Positions 7,980-17,143 of a stretch of DNA of 32,860 nucleotides are shown one piece after another. Both the position numbers and the translations under genes were made by a program. Position 1 is the stretch's first letter. Each line of letters begins with the position of its first letter. A model generated the notes under the pieces. The model was not told the DNA's origin and did no database searches. It worked only from the letters and a program-made list of their open reading frames with translations. Source of the stretch: a virus (Duplodnaviria; Caudoviricetes); IMG/VR virus record IMGVR_UViG_3300022602_000279, positions 1 to 32,860 of that record; one strand, given 5' to 3'.

Positions 7980-8195
7980 GTGCAGGGTAGAATTACCAAT
8001 TTGCCCAGGATCTGTGATCCCAAACATCTTGAATATTTTTTGTATTTTTTTAGAGGTTTTAAAAGGAACAACCTCGGGTACAATTATCGACTTTAATTCA
8101 CCGTCTGGGCCAACAACAAATCCGTAATCTTCCTCGCCTAAATCGCCTTCGTAAATGCCATCTTCAATTGCCAACTCTTCGGATAACTTGCTCAT
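7977..8195 (-). CDS. Hypothetical protein
   Basis: GGAG RBS; acidic N-terminus, DYGFVVGPDGELKSI motif. Confidence 0.6.
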   Translation of the reverse strand: MSKLSEELAIEDGIYEGDLGEEDYGFVVGPDGELKSIIVPEVVPFKTSKKIQKIFKMFGITDPGQIGNSTLH

Positions 8196-8799
8196 TTGAT
8201 TGCTCCAGTCGTTTATTATATTTAATCGCTTGTCGTTTTAATTGTGTTAGTACTTTTGGGTCTTTACGAAAATGTCGCTGATAAAGTTGATAAGTCTTTG
8301 TCTGTTCTAATTTTGTTTGATATACTGCCATCTCACTTGAAATGTTAAATGCGTGAGCAAGTATTTCATCTTCGCAACCTAGATAATCCTGCATGGTTTC
8401 ACTATAACGCAGAGTAGTTCGTGCTCGATATCCTCGACCGTGACGGTAACCTCGTTGGCGACAATAATACTGATGCAGATACTCGTGAGTAACTACATCG
8501 GCCACATGGAATCCTATGCTATCCCAATCAGTTTGGTCAATGTAGCAAACCTGTTTACGACAAGGAAAAGTCAAGGTAATATAAATGCAAGGTTCGTCTT
8601 GGCTATCTTCGTGTGGGCGATATTCACCTTTGATCCAAAAGTTACCCGGTTCTACACGACTGTCTCGCTCGGTATTAAACACCAACTTGGAATCACGAAA
8701 CTGCATACGAATCAAATGTGTTAGACCCTCGGGCGTGTACCGCTTACCGCTGTGTCTCTCAGCGATGGTACGTAGACGCTCAAGGGCTTTGAAGAACAT
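8164..8799 (-). CDS. Putative HEXXH zinc metallopeptidase-like protein
   Basis: VVTHEYLHQY with downstream YLGCEDEILAHA (candidate third-ligand Glu). Confidence 0.6.
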   Translation of the reverse strand: MFFKALERLRTIAERHSGKRYTPEGLTHLIRMQFRDSKLVFNTERDSRVEPGNFWIKGEYRPHEDSQDEPCIYITLTFPCRKQVCYIDQTDWDSIGFHVADVVTHEYLHQYYCRQRGYRHGRGYRARTTLRYSETMQDYLGCEDEILAHAFNISSEMAVYQTKLEQTKTYQLYQRHFRKDPKVLTQLKRQAIKYNKRLEQSNEQVIRRVGN

Positions 8800-9486
8800 T
8801 TAGATATGTTGTGATTCAGAATAAAAGTAGTGTCCACCAACACGGGCAACATAATGCTTTTGTCGGGCCCATACCGGATGTATTGCCGTGGCATGGAAAT
8901 ATAGTGCATCACTGTATTTGGCTTGCCAGTCTGCATAGTCGCCCTGTAGCAATGCTGTGGCTACACGTTGACTTTCTTCCCAGCGTTCATCTGAATCTTT
9001 GGGCTTGTGTACAAACATGCACTTCCATGAGAACTGACATACTGCGACATTTTCAACTACCTTGGTAGTTTGTTTTTGATGTTCGGGTCGACCAAACCAT
9101 CCAGCCTGTACCATCTTGACGGTGGTAACTTCTCTGCTGCGTACGGTCTGTGTGCGTTGATTCACTACCGAGCAGATTGAATTGCCAAAGCGTCCATCAC
9201 GAACGCGATTGATGGTTACCATGGCCACTGCCACTTTGCCTTCCTCAGGCTCATTACCTGCTTCATAGTAGATATTGTGTGCAAGGCAATCAATATCCTT
9301 GCTGGTGATGTTGATGTCTACAATGGGACTCATTATAGCACCTACCAATGTGTCCAAGCGATCTTGTGCTTGTGTTTTGACGGTGTTAAAAAAACTTTGT
9401 TGCTGTACTGCCACTTCTTCTGCATGACCGGGTGCCATTACGGTCAGGGCTAATATTGCTACGATTGTTTGAATAATCGTTCTCAT
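8800..9486 (-). CDS. SleB-family (Hydrolase_2) cell wall hydrolase with N-terminal signal peptide
   Basis: CLAHNIYYEAGNE...GKVAVAMVTINRV...ICSVV...CQFSW...ALYFHA...GGHYFY; hydrophobic N-terminus ending GHA. Confidence 0.88.
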   Translation of the reverse strand: MRTIIQTIVAILALTVMAPGHAEEVAVQQQSFFNTVKTQAQDRLDTLVGAIMSPIVDINITSKDIDCLAHNIYYEAGNEPEEGKVAVAMVTINRVRDGRFGNSICSVVNQRTQTVRSREVTTVKMVQAGWFGRPEHQKQTTKVVENVAVCQFSWKCMFVHKPKDSDERWEESQRVATALLQGDYADWQAKYSDALYFHATAIHPVWARQKHYVARVGGHYFYSESQHI

Positions 9487-9554
9487 AAAGTCCTCCTTAA
9501 GTTGTACGTTCTTTTTAAGGAACGTTAGATATTTAAGTACATATCTATCCAGTA

Positions 9555-9583
9555 ATAATACTACTTTACCAATTGAAAGTCAA
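9555..9583 (-). promoter_or_regulatory. sigma70-type promoter TTGACT-N17-TATTAT, with a late-like TTAAATA at 9536-9530
   Basis: 17-bp spacer; one mismatch in the -10 box. Confidence 0.6.
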
Positions 9584-9623
9584 GGTAAGTAGCGTTTCTG
9601 AGCAAAAAACTGCCGTTAAAACC

Positions 9624-11573
9624 CTACTTATTCTGATTTATATACGTACTTAATGGGATACCTTGAGCCTGTGCCTGGCCCAAAAGCAGTGAAGGATTAG
9701 GATCGTTATTGACCGTAACTCCTTTGATTGAGAGCTTTTGAGTGTTTATATTTTCTGCTATGACCGAGCTGACAATGTCGCCACCAGCATCATTGGTTAT
9801 TAGATTGGCAAAGAAATAATAACTTCCTGCAGGACTGGATTGGTCTGATGCAGCCGATCCAATGCGTTGAGCAAATCCTTTTAGTCCGCCTGAATAGCCA
9901 GCATCAAATATTATACCGCCCTTGGGAATATTTGAAACTTCAGTTGCCAAATGATTTAAAGAAAGATAATAAGCATTGAGTCCGTTATAAAAAGCAACGT
10001 TGGTTGGCTGATTATTTAACGCAGTATTCACCGATGTGACAGCCGATTGTACTGGAGCAAGAGTAGCGGTACTGGTGTTTGCCGATATGTCTGTATAAAT
10101 TTGATTGACAAAAGTGACCAAGGATTGATCCAAGGCACGCAATGAACTTACCAAGTTAGTGGTATCTACGTTGCTGTAGTTTGAATTGCAAATGGTCAAT
10201 AATCCAGTGTGCGGGATTCCGGCTACCGACCCCAAATAGTCTACTAAAGTTGGTGTATTGAAAGGACCCGACCCTGTACCCAAGGTACTTAATAAATTGT
10301 TGGCAATGCTGTCGGGCAATACTACAGTTGATGCGGTGGTGATTGTATGTGATGTCTGAGGTATATCCAACGAGTTCAACAAGGTGGCCATGTCTGCCCA
10401 GGATTTGTAGTAGCCTTGACCAATTTTACTACTTAGATATGTGCCCAGGCTGGTAAGATTGGCAATGTTGGCCGCGGCCAACTGCTTATAGGTTGATGCA
10501 TCTACAATCTTTTCCAAGTTTAAATAATCTGCCAAAGAAGTGATGCCTGTGCCGGTGGTCTGAACATTTGTTGCTACAATCATTGATTCAAGGTCAGTGC
10601 CCTGTACAGTTGAATAGATATTGACTACTACTGCTGGACTATTTCCAGTCACGGTAGTGGTGGTCACTACATTGGCCACTGTGGGCAATTCAATTTGTCC
10701 AACGGGACTGGATATCTTAAATGAGCTGGCCGCCTGGGTGACCGTGGTTTTTGTAGAGCCAACTTGGCTTAGATTGTTTATGTTTAGGCCAACATTGGTC
10801 AGTTTGGTAGACAGCTGACCGTAGGAACCAAGTCCTTGATTCAGTAGGTTTTGACCAAACACATAAGGATCGGCCATGGTTGATATGTTGTTGATATCAT
10901 ACATGGTTCCCCACTTGGCAATTACTCCGGCTACCAATTCGCCGGTGGTGTTCAAACCTTTGGTCACAAGATCCAGTGGTCCGGTATAGCCAATACCACT
11001 TTGTCCGTAGGTTTTGCCCTTGAGCAGATACACACTGGCCACGGTATCAAACACCGAAGTTACATAGCCCGATGCGGTAGTATATACATTGGCAAATCCC
11101 TGCATGCCGTGAGCAAATGGCAACTCAGCTTGAGCCTGTAGGGTTCCAGTCCATCGAGCTGAACTGGTGATAGGAGGATAATTGAAACCTACCAGTTCAA
11201 CGTTGGCTGGGTCGTGTGGAATAGGAGCATATACTGGTTGTAGATATGTTCCGTAGGAAGCAATGGTAGTTGTACAGGTTGGGCCGATGTTGGCCGGGTA
11301 GTAGTCAATCAGCCATTGTGCGCCTGAAGTAACGCCTTGCCCCAGTGTGGCCACAAGATTGGTTACATCAAGGTTTCCTGCGTTGCTTAGATTTCCACCA
11401 AAGTTAAACAGGACATTTGTTGCCAGTTCTGTTGTGGTCCAGATATTGGCCACCAGAGTCATGGGAGCATGATTTTGGAACGTTGATATTTCTGCCAGTA
11501 GATTGGCCGAAGTAGTTAGGCCTTGCCCATTGAGAATAGTATTAGTGGCAACTAACTGAAGTGCTGTGGCCAT
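9624..11573 (-). CDS. Large putative virion structural (baseplate/tail-associated) protein
   Basis: Follows the PAAR gene; T/N/S/A/G-rich with low charge; no enzyme motif recognised. Confidence 0.55.
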   Translation of the reverse strand: MATALQLVATNTILNGQGLTTSANLLAEISTFQNHAPMTLVANIWTTTELATNVLFNFGGNLSNAGNLDVTNLVATLGQGVTSGAQWLIDYYPANIGPTCTTTIASYGTYLQPVYAPIPHDPANVELVGFNYPPITSSARWTGTLQAQAELPFAHGMQGFANVYTTASGYVTSVFDTVASVYLLKGKTYGQSGIGYTGPLDLVTKGLNTTGELVAGVIAKWGTMYDINNISTMADPYVFGQNLLNQGLGSYGQLSTKLTNVGLNINNLSQVGSTKTTVTQAASSFKISSPVGQIELPTVANVVTTTTVTGNSPAVVVNIYSTVQGTDLESMIVATNVQTTGTGITSLADYLNLEKIVDASTYKQLAAANIANLTSLGTYLSSKIGQGYYKSWADMATLLNSLDIPQTSHTITTASTVVLPDSIANNLLSTLGTGSGPFNTPTLVDYLGSVAGIPHTGLLTICNSNYSNVDTTNLVSSLRALDQSLVTFVNQIYTDISANTSTATLAPVQSAVTSVNTALNNQPTNVAFYNGLNAYYLSLNHLATEVSNIPKGGIIFDAGYSGGLKGFAQRIGSAASDQSSPAGSYYFFANLITNDAGGDIVSSVIAENINTQKLSIKGVTVNNDPNPSLLLGQAQAQGIPLSTYINQNK

Positions 11574-11576
11574 GGA

Positions 11577-11906
11577 TCAAGGCCCTACAAATACGTTGGG
11601 AATACCTTCGGTAACAAAATGTTGGCCACAGGTACAAACAGCACCCAGCATGGCCACTGGTCTTCCTTCAACCAATATGTTGGGAATACCCTTTGCGATA
11701 GTAGCAGCAGCACACTTGGGATTATACCCAGGTGCTTTTGGATTGTAAGGATTGCCATGAATGGTAACCAATGAGCCAACGGTGGCCACTGGCAGGCCTG
11801 CAGGGCCAACTCTTACTGTTGGTGCACCTATTGCTGTTACTCCCGGTGGCGGTGGAAATCCATTGATTGATTCAGGAATTCCAACGCAGGCTATTGGTAC
11901 TGGCAT
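11577..11906 (-). CDS. PAAR-like spike tip protein (T4 gp5.4-like)
   Basis: Three PAAR-type repeats (PIACVG, PVATVG, PVAMLG), His/Cys metal ligands (IHG, CTCGQH), terminal G-x-P-N-V-F-V-G. Confidence 0.85.
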   Translation of the reverse strand: MPVPIACVGIPESINGFPPPPGVTAIGAPTVRVGPAGLPVATVGSLVTIHGNPYNPKAPGYNPKCAAATIAKGIPNILVEGRPVAMLGAVCTCGQHFVTEGIPNVFVGP

Positions 11907-11907
11907 T

Positions 11908-12216
11908 TTAAGTGATTATTCCGCTTTTGGCTGGCTGAATACCTGTGGTAGTACGGATATAGTGATTTTCAATATCTGTAATTACGGGACCATGCATGAT
12001 AACATGCTCAGATTTCAGCGTTACATTAGTATTTATATCCGCAGAAATTAGGCTCTGCATGAGCCCCAGGCCCTGTGGGCTGGGAATAACCGTACATGGA
12101 CGATTTACTACATAGCCTTCGGAATTTTGTCCCACAATTTTGGCAACAATTTCGTCGCCAGTTACCATCTTGAAACACACGATATCGCCTTCGGCGTATC
12201 CTTTATTGATTAACAT
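11908..12216 (-). CDS. Hypothetical protein, possible Sm-like fold
   Basis: GDIVCFKMVTGDEIVAKI...V-x-R-P pattern seen in T4-like phage Sm-like proteins; C-terminal Y...TTGI...GIIT. Confidence 0.5.
   Translation of the reverse strand: MLINKGYAEGDIVCFKMVTGDEIVAKIVGQNSEGYVVNRPCTVIPSPQGLGLMQSLISADINTNVTLKSEHVIMHGPVITDIENHYIRTTTGIQPAKSGIIT
12030..12037 (-). promoter_or_regulatory. Internal TATAAATA late promoter candidate for the PAAR and 9624 genes
   Basis: Exact T4 late consensus inside the preceding gene, about 125 nt upstream of the PAAR ATG where structural genes begin. Confidence 0.45.
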
Positions 12217-12219
12217 ACG

Positions 12220-12465
12220 TTATCCTTTTAATTGATTGAAAAACTCTTCTTTTTGTCGTTGCAGGCCTTGAAATCCGCCTTCTACCAACAGCTTGCCGTC
12301 TTGATAAATCTGTGGCACCGTACGGTGTCCTTCACCAACAATAAACTCACGTGCTTCAGAGTCTAGGTCAATTCGAATTTCTTCAAACGCAATGCCTTTT
12401 AGTTTTAGCAGGCCTTTGGCTTTGTCGCAGAATGGGCAGTTGGCTTTAGAATATATAGTAATCAT
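12220..12465 (-). CDS. grx: Glutaredoxin
   Basis: CPFC active site, RTVPQI, GG motif; adjacent to RNR genes. Confidence 0.93.
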   Translation of the reverse strand: MITIYSKANCPFCDKAKGLLKLKGIAFEEIRIDLDSEAREFIVGEGHRTVPQIYQDGKLLVEGGFQGLQRQKEEFFNQLKG

Positions 12466-12493
12466 TATGAGCTCCTTTGTTTGAAAATTTGTT

Positions 12494-13240
12494 CTATAGT
12501 ATATTTAATTTTTTTACTTTTTCGTAAACTATTTCTGCCCAAAGTTCATGTACTTTATAGGTAGGATGTACACCATCGGGCTGTAGTCCTCCGGGGGTCT
12601 GTTGGGCCAGTTCAAAAATACCGTTGCGATCTGAATCCAAAAACACCCACTGATCAAAATCAATTTGATCAATCAAGGAATGTAGATTGTGGAATTGTGC
12701 AAGACCAAAATCAAAGTCACCCACCTGTGGCTGAGTTCCCCAGTAGTTCATGTAGCTACTCATCACATAAGGAATGCCCTGTTGTTTTAGGTATGCCTGC
12801 AGTTGTAAAATATTCAGCAGGGTCTCTGCGGCCATGCTGTTGTTGGTGCTTGACCTGTACAAGGGATCAAATATGTTTTTTAAAAATGGGTTGCGTTGCC
12901 AACTGCCCAGTAGTCCGCCACTGAACACATAGGTCAATCCGGTCTTGGTAGGATCGCAGTAGTCATAACGAGACAATGCGTTGACCAGGGTTGGGTCAAA
13001 GGTGTCTATCAGTAGATCTTTACGTGTGAGCCCACTCCACATTACTGCCACAAGATCTACGTCTTGTATTCCATGTAGTATGGGCTTGTTGGAAATATAA
13101 GTGTTGCCGGCACCTGAGTAACCGTGATTGGTCAAGTCAGCTGTCAGTAAGTCGGCCAAGTAGCGTGGCCACCCGCCCTGTGGATCACCCTCAAGCTGAT
13201 GCCCGTGGGTAAAACTGCATCCAATGGTATAGAGTTTCAT
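12494..13240 (-). CDS. SGNH-hydrolase-like protein
   Basis: IGCSFT (block I), GAGN (block II), DGVHP (block V DxxH). Confidence 0.7.
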   Translation of the reverse strand: MKLYTIGCSFTHGHQLEGDPQGGWPRYLADLLTADLTNHGYSGAGNTYISNKPILHGIQDVDLVAVMWSGLTRKDLLIDTFDPTLVNALSRYDYCDPTKTGLTYVFSGGLLGSWQRNPFLKNIFDPLYRSSTNNSMAAETLLNILQLQAYLKQQGIPYVMSSYMNYWGTQPQVGDFDFGLAQFHNLHSLIDQIDFDQWVFLDSDRNGIFELAQQTPGGLQPDGVHPTYKVHELWAEIVYEKVKKLNIL

Positions 13241-13245
13241 TGCTG

Positions 13246-14373
13246 TTACAGGCTTAGACCCTTGAAGGTATCTCCGTCAACGTCCTGTTTGGTACCACCG
13301 ATCACATAGGTAGTGATTTCTGTTTCTTGTGGTGCTACCTGTACTTCCGATCCGGCAATCCACTTCATGGTCCATGGTAAGGGATTAGATCCTGGCTTGA
13401 TGCCACAATCCAAGCCTACCGCGGTCATGCGCTTGCAGGTCAACCAGTCAACATACTGAGCCAACAAGACCTGGTTAAGACCAATCATGGATCCATCTTT
13501 GAACAAGTACTTGGCCCAGGTTTTTTCCTGTTCGGCAGCTGATAGGAACATGGCTGTGCATTCCGCCCGAGTTTCTTCACGGATCTTCACATAATCCGCA
13601 TCGTCCTGTGGTAGCAATTTTAATAGGGTTTGCGTGGACCCCAAGTGAACGTTTTCATCTCGAGCAATCAGTTTAATAATCTTAGCATTGCCTTCCATCT
13701 TTTTCAACTCAGCAAATGCCCAGGAACAAGCAAAGCTGACATAGAAGCGTATGCCTTCTAATGCGTTAACACTATTCAAGCACAACCATAATTTTTTCTT
13801 GAGTTCGTACATGTCAACTGTAATTTTTTTGCCATTGACGGTGTGTGTGCCAAGACCCAACATGCGATACCAACCCGAAGCTTCGATCAGTTCATCGTAA
13901 TAACGACTGATATCAGTAGCGCAGGCCACGATCTCATCCAAGTCCAAGAGTTCATCAAATACTTCGCTTGGATTAGCATATACATTACGAATAATGTGTG
14001 TGTAACTGCGGCTGTGAATAGTTTCGTTGAATGCCCAGGTTTCAATCCAGGTTTCTAATTCAGGGATGGTGGCGAGAGGCAAGAAGGCTAAATTAGGAGA
14101 GCGCCCTTGCACTGAATCCAGCAGTATCTGACGTTTTAGATTACTGGTAAAGATGTGTTTTTCAAAGTCAGTTAGTTCTTTGAAATCTTTAGCATCACGC
14201 ATGACATCTACTTCTTCTGGACGCCAAAAGAATCCCAACTGCTTGTCAGTCAGTTTGTCAAACTGACGATACTTCAGTATGTCGTAGCGTTGTACTGCTG
14301 GTGTACCGTTGGTATCTAAAAATGCCAGGGATTTGGTGTGATCTGTTTTGTTATTGATATTAAAAACTGACAT
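13246..14373 (-). CDS. nrdB: Ribonucleotide reductase class Ia beta subunit
   Basis: FFWRPEEVD, LLDSVQ, ETIHSRSY (radical Tyr), EGIRFYVSF, RDENVH, APQETE. Confidence 0.97.
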   Translation of the reverse strand: MSVFNINNKTDHTKSLAFLDTNGTPAVQRYDILKYRQFDKLTDKQLGFFWRPEEVDVMRDAKDFKELTDFEKHIFTSNLKRQILLDSVQGRSPNLAFLPLATIPELETWIETWAFNETIHSRSYTHIIRNVYANPSEVFDELLDLDEIVACATDISRYYDELIEASGWYRMLGLGTHTVNGKKITVDMYELKKKLWLCLNSVNALEGIRFYVSFACSWAFAELKKMEGNAKIIKLIARDENVHLGSTQTLLKLLPQDDADYVKIREETRAECTAMFLSAAEQEKTWAKYLFKDGSMIGLNQVLLAQYVDWLTCKRMTAVGLDCGIKPGSNPLPWTMKWIAGSEVQVAPQETEITTYVIGGTKQDVDGDTFKGLSL

Positions 14374-14382
14374 GGTGTCTCC

Positions 14383-16680
14383 TTAAATTACACAACTATC
14401 GCAATCGGCTGCATCTTCGACAGGATCCAACTCTTCACTCTTTGATAATTTTTCAACGTCAATTTCACCTTGACCATCATTGGTATTGAAATAGTATAAC
14501 TGCTTGCCGCCGTACTTGTAAAACTGGATAATGTCCTTGAGCATTTCACTCATGGGAATCTTTTCATCTGCATAAAAATGTGGATTGTATGAAGTGTTTA
14601 CGCTGATGCCTTGATCAATGTACTTTTGTAAAACTGCACACAGTCGCAGATATCCTTCTGGGCTTTTTTGATCCCATAGCAATTCATAACGGTTCTTTAG
14701 ACGACGATACTCAGGTACTACCTGTTTAAGTACACCGTGTTTGCTTTGCTTGACTGATACATAACTGCGAGGGGGCTCAATGCCGTTGGTAGCGTTTGAG
14801 ATTTGTGCTGATGTTTCAGCTGGCATTAGAGCCATTAGGGTAGCATTACGCTGACCAGTGGCTTTGGTTTGCTCGCGAAGTTCTGCCCAGGGCATACGTT
14901 CTTGGTGAGGAACTATCTCATCAATTTCTGCCTTGCGTGTGTCAATAGGCAGGATACCTTGAGACGATTTTAGATCTTGCCAACGACCACAGGCGCCTTG
15001 TTCAACGGCGAGATCAGCTGAGGCTTTTAATAAGTAGTAACTCCAGGCTTCGGCATACTCGTCAACAATGGCTACCGCCTCTGGACTGCTGTATGTTACA
15101 TCATTCTTGGCCAAAAAATAAGCAAAGTTAATAATACCTACTCCCAAGGGACGGAACTCCTCGGTGGCCAGTTCCGCCGCCCTAACAGGATAATTCTGAT
15201 ACGACAATAATGCATCTAAACCACGTACTGCCAGTTCGCACGGTTTCTGGAAGTCATGTGGGCTTTTTACATTGCCCCAATTAATTGCGCTCAAAGTACA
15301 GAGTGCAATTCTACCATCCTCGTCGTTGACATCCTTTAGTGGAACTGTTGGTAAATCAATTTCACAACAAAGGTTTGACATCTTTACGGGTGCTACACTT
15401 TCAATAAATGGACTATGTGTATTGGCATGGTCCACGTTTTGCAAATAGATACGTCCTGTATCTTTGCGTTCCTGCATAAAACGGGTAAACAGGTCTGCGG
15501 CTTTGAATGTTTTCTTACGAATCTTTGTACTGCGTTCAGCCTTCTCATACAGCTCTTTGAAACGATCTTGATCGTTAAAGAAAGCGTCATACATTTCTGG
15601 CACATCATGGGGACTAAAACAGGTAATATCGCCACCTTGAATTAGTCTTTCGTACATTAATTTGTTGAATTGAACCCCATAATCCATGTGACGTACACGA
15701 TTATCCTCTGTGCCCTTGTTGTTCTTCAACACAATAAGGTCTTCAATTTCCAAATGCCAGATAGGATAGTAAAGTGTTGCGGCACCATTGCGTACACCGC
15801 CCTGACTGCAACTACGTGTAGCCGACTGAAATAGTTTGTAAAATGGTACTACACCTGTGTGGTATGCGTCACCTGAACGGATGGGCGAACCCAATGCTCT
15901 AATTCGCCCGGCACCGATTCCAATACCAGCTTTCTGACTAACATACTTGACAATGCTACTACTAGTAGCATTAATGCTATCCAAAGAATCATCTGCTTCA
16001 ATAAGTACGCACGATGAGAATTGCTTCTGAGGAGTGCGTACACCGGCCATAACAGGAGTAGGAAGACTAATGTCTCCAAGACTGATTGCATCATAATAAT
16101 CCTTCACCCAGCGTAGACGTGTGTCCGTAGGGTACGATTGAAATAAGGTGGCCGCTATCAGCATATAGGCCATTTGTGGAGTTTCAAATATTTCGCCTGT
16201 AACACGATTTTGAACCAGGTACTTGCCGCGCCATTGTTCCATGGCCACGTAGGTAAAGTTCTCATCACGTGTGTGGTCAATTTTACTATCAAGTGTATTC
16301 CATTCATCTTCAGAATACGCTTCTAATAGGCCGCGGTCATAAAATCCCGATGCTACATTTTTCTTTACCAATTCCAGGAGAGTGCAAGGTTGGTAATCAT
16401 TGTAGACTTGCTTGCGTAAGTGATAGTTGATCAGACGCCCAGCTACATATTGATAATTGGGAGTTTCTTCTGAAATTAAATCAGCAGCACTTTTGATCAA
16501 GGTTTCTTGAATATCAGCTGTTTTGATACCGTTGTAAAATTGTATGTGGCTTTTGATTTCTACTTCACTGGCACTAACACCTGTGATACCTTGTGTTGCC
16601 CAGAATACTACTTTGTGTAACTTTTCTAAATCGAGGTCTTCTGTGTGACCTTCTCTCTTTGTAACTTTAATTGATGTCAT
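14383..16680 (-). CDS. nrdA: Ribonucleotide reductase class Ia alpha subunit with N-terminal ATP cone
   Basis: VTKREG ATP cone, QFSSC, SNLCCEI, PAETSA, QLYY, C-terminal CDSC. Confidence 0.98.
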   Translation of the reverse strand: MTSIKVTKREGHTEDLDLEKLHKVVFWATQGITGVSASEVEIKSHIQFYNGIKTADIQETLIKSAADLISEETPNYQYVAGRLINYHLRKQVYNDYQPCTLLELVKKNVASGFYDRGLLEAYSEDEWNTLDSKIDHTRDENFTYVAMEQWRGKYLVQNRVTGEIFETPQMAYMLIAATLFQSYPTDTRLRWVKDYYDAISLGDISLPTPVMAGVRTPQKQFSSCVLIEADDSLDSINATSSSIVKYVSQKAGIGIGAGRIRALGSPIRSGDAYHTGVVPFYKLFQSATRSCSQGGVRNGAATLYYPIWHLEIEDLIVLKNNKGTEDNRVRHMDYGVQFNKLMYERLIQGGDITCFSPHDVPEMYDAFFNDQDRFKELYEKAERSTKIRKKTFKAADLFTRFMQERKDTGRIYLQNVDHANTHSPFIESVAPVKMSNLCCEIDLPTVPLKDVNDEDGRIALCTLSAINWGNVKSPHDFQKPCELAVRGLDALLSYQNYPVRAAELATEEFRPLGVGIINFAYFLAKNDVTYSSPEAVAIVDEYAEAWSYYLLKASADLAVEQGACGRWQDLKSSQGILPIDTRKAEIDEIVPHQERMPWAELREQTKATGQRNATLMALMPAETSAQISNATNGIEPPRSYVSVKQSKHGVLKQVVPEYRRLKNRYELLWDQKSPEGYLRLCAVLQKYIDQGISVNTSYNPHFYADEKIPMSEMLKDIIQFYKYGGKQLYYFNTNDGQGEIDVEKLSKSEELDPVEDAADCDSCVI

Positions 16681-16688
16681 TGATTTCT

Positions 16689-17135
16689 CTAAATATAGTG
16701 TTCTAATTGTAAATCTACTGCTGTATAGGTACGTTTTGGTTTTAACGTGTCGCCGAGTTGTTTGATATTTACTAATTCTCCATCAATCATATTAAGAATA
16801 TATTTCCCCTGATCGATCCAAGCTAAATTGTACTCGTGTCCGGTTTTTGAGTCTTTATATACTCTTATTTCTAATTCTGTGGTGTGATCAGTTAGCAGTA
16901 TAGTATACACTATGCCCAAGCATTTTGCAAGATCACAATAGACGTTTTCTTCTAACAGCTCCCAGGGATCGGGCCATGTGGTTAAATCATCGGGATCCAA
17001 ATTGTAAGGAACAAAAGGTGCGTCTGCCCAAAATTCTGCCGTTTGCACCAAAGCCTCTTCAAGTGGTAATAAATTCAACGAAGATCGAAATTCACGCCAG
17101 GACCTTAACCGGTCCTCGGTTCGTAATTGAAACAT
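16689..17135 (-). CDS. Hypothetical protein, transglutaminase/C93-like fold suspected
   Basis: WPDPWELLEENVYC resembles the W-x-x-P-x-E...C segment of bacterial transglutaminase-like cysteine proteinases. Confidence 0.45.
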   Translation of the reverse strand: MFQLRTEDRLRSWREFRSSLNLLPLEEALVQTAEFWADAPFVPYNLDPDDLTTWPDPWELLEENVYCDLAKCLGIVYTILLTDHTTELEIRVYKDSKTGHEYNLAWIDQGKYILNMIDGELVNIKQLGDTLKPKRTYTAVDLQLEHYI

Positions 17136-17143
17136 ATTTTAAT

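Noticed and set aside
13246-16680. Introns or inteins in nrdA/nrdB
   Set aside because: Both are continuous and of ordinary class Ia length (765 and 375 aa).
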